Both the position numbers and the translations under genes were made by a program. A DNA stretch of 64,000 nt, taken from Bacteriovoracaceae bacterium. GTDB lineage: Bacteria; Bdellovibrionota; Bacteriovoracia; Bacteriovoracales; Bacteriovoracaceae. Of the stretch, positions 60,680 to 64,000 are shown in pieces; within the stretch, counting starts at the first letter, position 1; each line of letters begins with the position of its first letter. The DNA lies in assembly GCA_048270185.1 (NCBI GenBank), contig JBLWTJ010000001.1, forward strand, positions 352,001 through 416,000. The letters are read 5' to 3'. The notes under the pieces are model-generated. The model was not told where the DNA came from, made no database searches, and was given only the letters and a program-made list of their open reading frames with translations.

Positions 60680-60850
60680 ATGAAAAATCTTCTAAGTCTA
60701 ATCACACTTTCTACACTAATTTTATTTGCGACTTCATGTGCATCTTCCACTAGTCGTGATGTTGCCTCAGAAAGTAAGAAATGTAAGGAAGTAAGTGTTC
60801 CTGACCATTCGTCATATTATGACACATACGAAGAATGCAATGACCTTTAA
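60680..60850 (+). CDS. 56-aa lipoprotein absent from the ORF track
   Basis: AGGAG SD; MKNLLSLITLSTLILFATSCASSTSRDVASESKKCKEVSVPDHSSYYDTYEECNDL; lipobox ATSC. Confidence 0.75.
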   Translation: MKNLLSLITLSTLILFATSCASSTSRDVASESKKCKEVSVPDHSSYYDTYEECNDL

Positions 60851-60963
60851 TGTCATTGTAAGTTCTTCACACTAAGCGTCTTAACACAATTCTGTTTTTA
60901 CACATTGTTTAGCATTTGATAAATGTCTCTTTATAATAACGCCAATTTAAGAGAGAGACACAA

Positions 60964-62139
60964 ATGCTTAAAAAATCCCTGTTGATTTCATTACTACTTC
61001 TAAGTAGCTTTACCGCCAAGGCCTATGACTTTAATGTTAAAGCCTTCATGGTTCTAGACCTTCTAACACTACAAAAGATTGATGATAATCCTACTCGTGC
61101 AGAAATGGGATACGGTACAGCAGATATCAAGTTCTATTTTAATCACCAACAGTGGAGTGCAAAATTCAAGCTTGATATTGATGCATCAGAAACAGAAGGC
61201 AATAGTCTTGATCTAATGGAAGAGGCCCTAATTACTTACAAATTCAATAGTAATTGGAAATTAACTGGTGGTAAGGGTAAAGTTCCATTCTATACAATGC
61301 ACTTTGGGATCACAGAAAGAAACCTAATGGATGGTGGATATCTGACTCAAACATACTCAGGAATGAGAGCTGGTTATTTTAAAAGAAAATATCTTCTAAC
61401 TCTTCGCTACGGTGGTTGGAGACAAGGTCAAATTCACGATGTGACATTCTTTGGTAACTCAACTTCAGTTGATCGCGATCGTGATGATCACTCTAAGCCA
61501 AATCTATACGATCCAAGTACAGGCGGAATCAACGCGGGTAAAGAATTAACATATTCAGCAGAGAGAACTTTTAATACAAACTACCAAAAAGGTTTCGGCT
61601 ACAAGGGTCGCTGGATGCCATCTCAAAACCACGAGATCATCTTTGGTGCCTTCTCATACTGGCGTGATATTGACCCAGATGAAGATTATGGTTTCTCACT
61701 TGCCTACCAGTATGACAGCAACAAGTGGTCATTTTGGACAGAAGGTCTTTTTGGTCACTTCTCAAAACATCCAAATGATAAGTACGCAACATTAAGCCAA
61801 GAAACATACAATGCTCAGCTTGGTGTGCTTTATAAGATTGATGATACTTGGTCAGCAGGGATCAACGGTGAATACTCATATGTATACGATCAATCTTGGA
61901 ACAAAGCAGACCTACCTGCAGATTACGGACAAACTCGCTACAACGATGGGAACCTAAGAAAAGTGGCTCTTTGGAGAATCGATTTAGGTGTTCAGTATAA
62001 AGTATCAAGAAATGTTCAACTTAACGGTGGGTTCCTAATTGAAGAGCGTACTGATGAAGAAACAAATACATCATCAGATGGAAATCCTGAGACAACAGAT
62101 GGTTACGGGATTAACTTCTCACTAACTACATGGCTTTAG
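60964..62139 (+). CDS. Probable outer-membrane beta-barrel (porin-like) protein
   Basis: Signal peptide; alternating aromatic strands; LMEEA.ITYKF..LTGGK.KVPF pattern; C-terminal beta-signal-like strand. Confidence 0.7.
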   Translation: MLKKSLLISLLLLSSFTAKAYDFNVKAFMVLDLLTLQKIDDNPTRAEMGYGTADIKFYFNHQQWSAKFKLDIDASETEGNSLDLMEEALITYKFNSNWKLTGGKGKVPFYTMHFGITERNLMDGGYLTQTYSGMRAGYFKRKYLLTLRYGGWRQGQIHDVTFFGNSTSVDRDRDDHSKPNLYDPSTGGINAGKELTYSAERTFNTNYQKGFGYKGRWMPSQNHEIIFGAFSYWRDIDPDEDYGFSLAYQYDSNKWSFWTEGLFGHFSKHPNDKYATLSQETYNAQLGVLYKIDDTWSAGINGEYSYVYDQSWNKADLPADYGQTRYNDGNLRKVALWRIDLGVQYKVSRNVQLNGGFLIEERTDEETNTSSDGNPETTDGYGINFSLTTWL

Positions 62140-62239
62140 CCAACGATTGAGACAGGTAAATCTTAGTCTTAATTAACTTATCTTAACTAACAATCAATCC
62201 GAATTACCTCCTAAAATGAAAATATTTAGGAGGTACTTT

Positions 62240-62491
62240 GTGGCCATTGAACAATTCATTATCATTTTATTTATTGGGGCCATCTCTGGCTGGCTAGCAG
62301 GAAGTCTCTACAAGGGAGAAACTTTTGGCCTTGTAGGAAATATTATCGTCGGTGTCATGGGATCATTCGTAGGAAGCTTTGCCTTCCATCTGGTAGGCCT
62401 TGCAAGCTACGGCCTACTTGGTAGTATCGTTATCTCCACAGTCGGCGCTATCGTCTTTTTAGCGACTCTCCAGCTGTTGCAAAAGATGTGA
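62240..62491 (+). CDS. GlsB/YeaQ/YmgE-family stress-response membrane protein
   Basis: AGGAGG SD before GTG 62240; IGAISGWLA..GLVGNIIVGVMGS..GAI. Confidence 0.88.
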   Translation: MAIEQFIIILFIGAISGWLAGSLYKGETFGLVGNIIVGVMGSFVGSFAFHLVGLASYGLLGSIVISTVGAIVFLATLQLLQKM

Positions 62492-62533
62492 AATTTTCTA
62501 TACAAATGACAGGCCCAGAGCTAGAATACGGGC

Positions 62534-63103
62534 ATGGGCCTAATGTTTATTTTTCCAGTATCTAAAGAAGAACAAGATCGTATCACTATTAACGAAGAGG
62601 GTTTAACTCTTAAGACCTATGGACTTCCGATGGTCTTCTGGGGCTATCTTCTTGCTGCAGCTGTTGTTGTCTTTGCCATGTTTATTGGCGTCAAAGGGCC
62701 AATGGTTAAGCTCTATCAAACAGGTGACACTATCAACCAAGCTCTGGTTATTGCTGTGGCCGCAGTCTTACTTTTCATTCCTTTTGGAACACTTTGCTTT
62801 TATATGTATGAGAAATTCATCACGAAAAAAGATAATAAACTGACTATTAAGCATCGACTTTTCTTCATACCAGTTTTTAAGAAAACATATGAGCTAGATG
62901 CCAAGGATGCCATCACCATAGACCACTATATGGATTCTCCAAATGTTGCCAAAATGAAGCAAGATCCTACCATGAGAGGATTTGAGAATAAGGGCTATTT
63001 TCAACTTCATGCAAAGCTTAAGAGTGGAAAGTATATTTTTGTGGATCGTTCGAATCGAAAAGCGGACCTGAAGAAGATTCAGGCCCTATTAAGTGAGTTT
63101 TAA
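62534..63103 (+). CDS. Hypothetical membrane protein with two TMs
   Basis: Two hydrophobic helices; TAGAAT-N6-ATG. Confidence 0.7.
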   Translation: MGLMFIFPVSKEEQDRITINEEGLTLKTYGLPMVFWGYLLAAAVVVFAMFIGVKGPMVKLYQTGDTINQALVIAVAAVLLFIPFGTLCFYMYEKFITKKDNKLTIKHRLFFIPVFKKTYELDAKDAITIDHYMDSPNVAKMKQDPTMRGFENKGYFQLHAKLKSGKYIFVDRSNRKADLKKIQALLSEF

Positions 63104-63107
63104 TTTT

Positions 63108-63668
63108 TTATTCTTGCTCGTCTTCTTCTTTGTAGTTTTGCTTAATCCCTTTAGGACGACGGCCACCACCAAGACGTTTTTGTTTTGAGTTATCACGCTC
63201 TTCTTTCTCCCAGTGGTTTTTCCAAACTTCACTTTGAGAATCACGCTCTTCGCGCTTGGCCTGACGTTCACTCATTACTTTTTCAACTTCTTCTTTCTTG
63301 CGAACTTTAAAAGTTCCAGAAAGTTTTGTTTTTGATACTTTCTTCTGCTTTGCCTCACGCTTGGCCTCAACACCTGCTTTTGAGTGTCCTGACATATCAA
63401 CAGTTACTTCACCCTTAACAAATGTCTGGCAAGACATACGCTCTTTCGTGATATGAAAGACATTACCGATTAGTTTCGTTTCAACATCAGTAGGCTCATT
63501 AAGGTTCTCAGCACCAGCGAGGACTCTAACGATACAGTCAGTACATGTACCGTGGCCACCACAGCTTGAATTAATATAAATGTCATTCTTCTTTAGTTGC
63601 TCTAATAGAGATGACTCATCATCAACGTAGATCGTTTCATTTGATGGTGATAGTGTTACTTTGAACAT
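63108..63668 (-). CDS. 2Fe-2S ferredoxin with a long charged C-terminal extension
   Basis: CGGHGTCTDC...RMSCQ cluster motif. Confidence 0.88.
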   Translation of the reverse strand: MFKVTLSPSNETIYVDDESSLLEQLKKNDIYINSSCGGHGTCTDCIVRVLAGAENLNEPTDVETKLIGNVFHITKERMSCQTFVKGEVTVDMSGHSKAGVEAKREAKQKKVSKTKLSGTFKVRKKEEVEKVMSERQAKREERDSQSEVWKNHWEKEERDNSKQKRLGGGRRPKGIKQNYKEEDEQE

Positions 63669-63708
63669 GTTATGCCTTCATTAAATTTATTGAGAAGGAT
63701 TACGGAGA

Positions 63709-63993
63709 CTAAACAGTCCTCTTAATCTTACTCTCAATCGTTTCTAAAATTTTTCCTTTAAGAGGCTTTAGCATGAAAGATAGGTCAAGATCAACCTGAC
63801 AGTAAGAATCTTCAAACTTTAGAGATAATTCAAAGCCTTTTCCTTTAGCTACCATGGAATAATTACCATCATTCTTAGTAACATCGGCCTTGACACCGAA
63901 TTTTGCCACATAATCAGGAGTCACAGCTGACTTAGCTAAATTATATGCTTCTTCTTTATTTGTCGCATTATTGTAATTTACTTTTAAACCCAT
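63709..63993 (-). CDS. Polyhydroxyalkanoate-system (PHA granule region) family-like small protein
   Basis: 94 aa; pattern G.GF..L..VDLDLSFMLKPLKGKI...I. Confidence 0.6.
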   Translation of the reverse strand: MGLKVNYNNATNKEEAYNLAKSAVTPDYVAKFGVKADVTKNDGNYSMVAKGKGFELSLKFEDSYCQVDLDLSFMLKPLKGKILETIESKIKRTV

Positions 63994-64000
63994 AAGTCTT

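Noticed and set aside
1324..63271. Many short antisense or alternate-frame ORFs in the ORF track (e.g. 1391..1705, 13823..14122, 32937..33257, 48010..48336)
   Set aside because: They lie within well-supported genes and have no SD or recognisable motifs; treated as shadow ORFs
1..64000. CRISPR arrays, tRNA/rRNA genes and IS elements
   Set aside because: No regularly spaced repeats, cloverleaf or rRNA signatures, or transposases seen by eye; tRNAscan-SE and Infernal would be needed to exclude ncRNAs formally

Overview
About 64 kb of AT-rich bacterial chromosome with roughly 62 genes. The gene content points to a predatory Bdellovibrionota genome, probably Halobacteriovorax/Bacteriovorax-like (inference from a TIGR02147/DUF4423-type regulator, many small Cys-rich secreted proteins and lipoproteins, and sigma28-type promoters on non-flagellar genes). 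Contents in order: the end of a glycan-modification operon (GT9, DegT, B12 radical SAM); a block of secreted or unknown proteins (toxin-like zincin, S8 protease, 1704-aa beta-rich protein, VWA protein); housekeeping genes; a sigma54-driven membrane-anchored HNH nuclease; an orphan tyrosine recombinase; eukaryote-type class Ia nrdBA with NrdR boxes; a DUF4105 + DUF2388-like pair; thyA-folA; NamZ; class I LysRS; a JAB-like protein; and a men cluster. I saw no rRNA, tRNA, CRISPR array or IS element. The strongest unexplained signals are non-coding: (1) about 15 genes have a -10 box 6-7 nt before the start codon, suggesting leaderless mRNAs, and several more have sigma28 boxes 6-8 nt before the start; (2) GGCC is strongly over-represented; (3) CA-rich leaders precede nrdB, thyA, the HNH gene and an amino-acid symporter; (4) a 17-bp YRTC-N9-GAYR palindrome recurs in promoters. 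Protein calls are from motif recognition only; no database searches were run.
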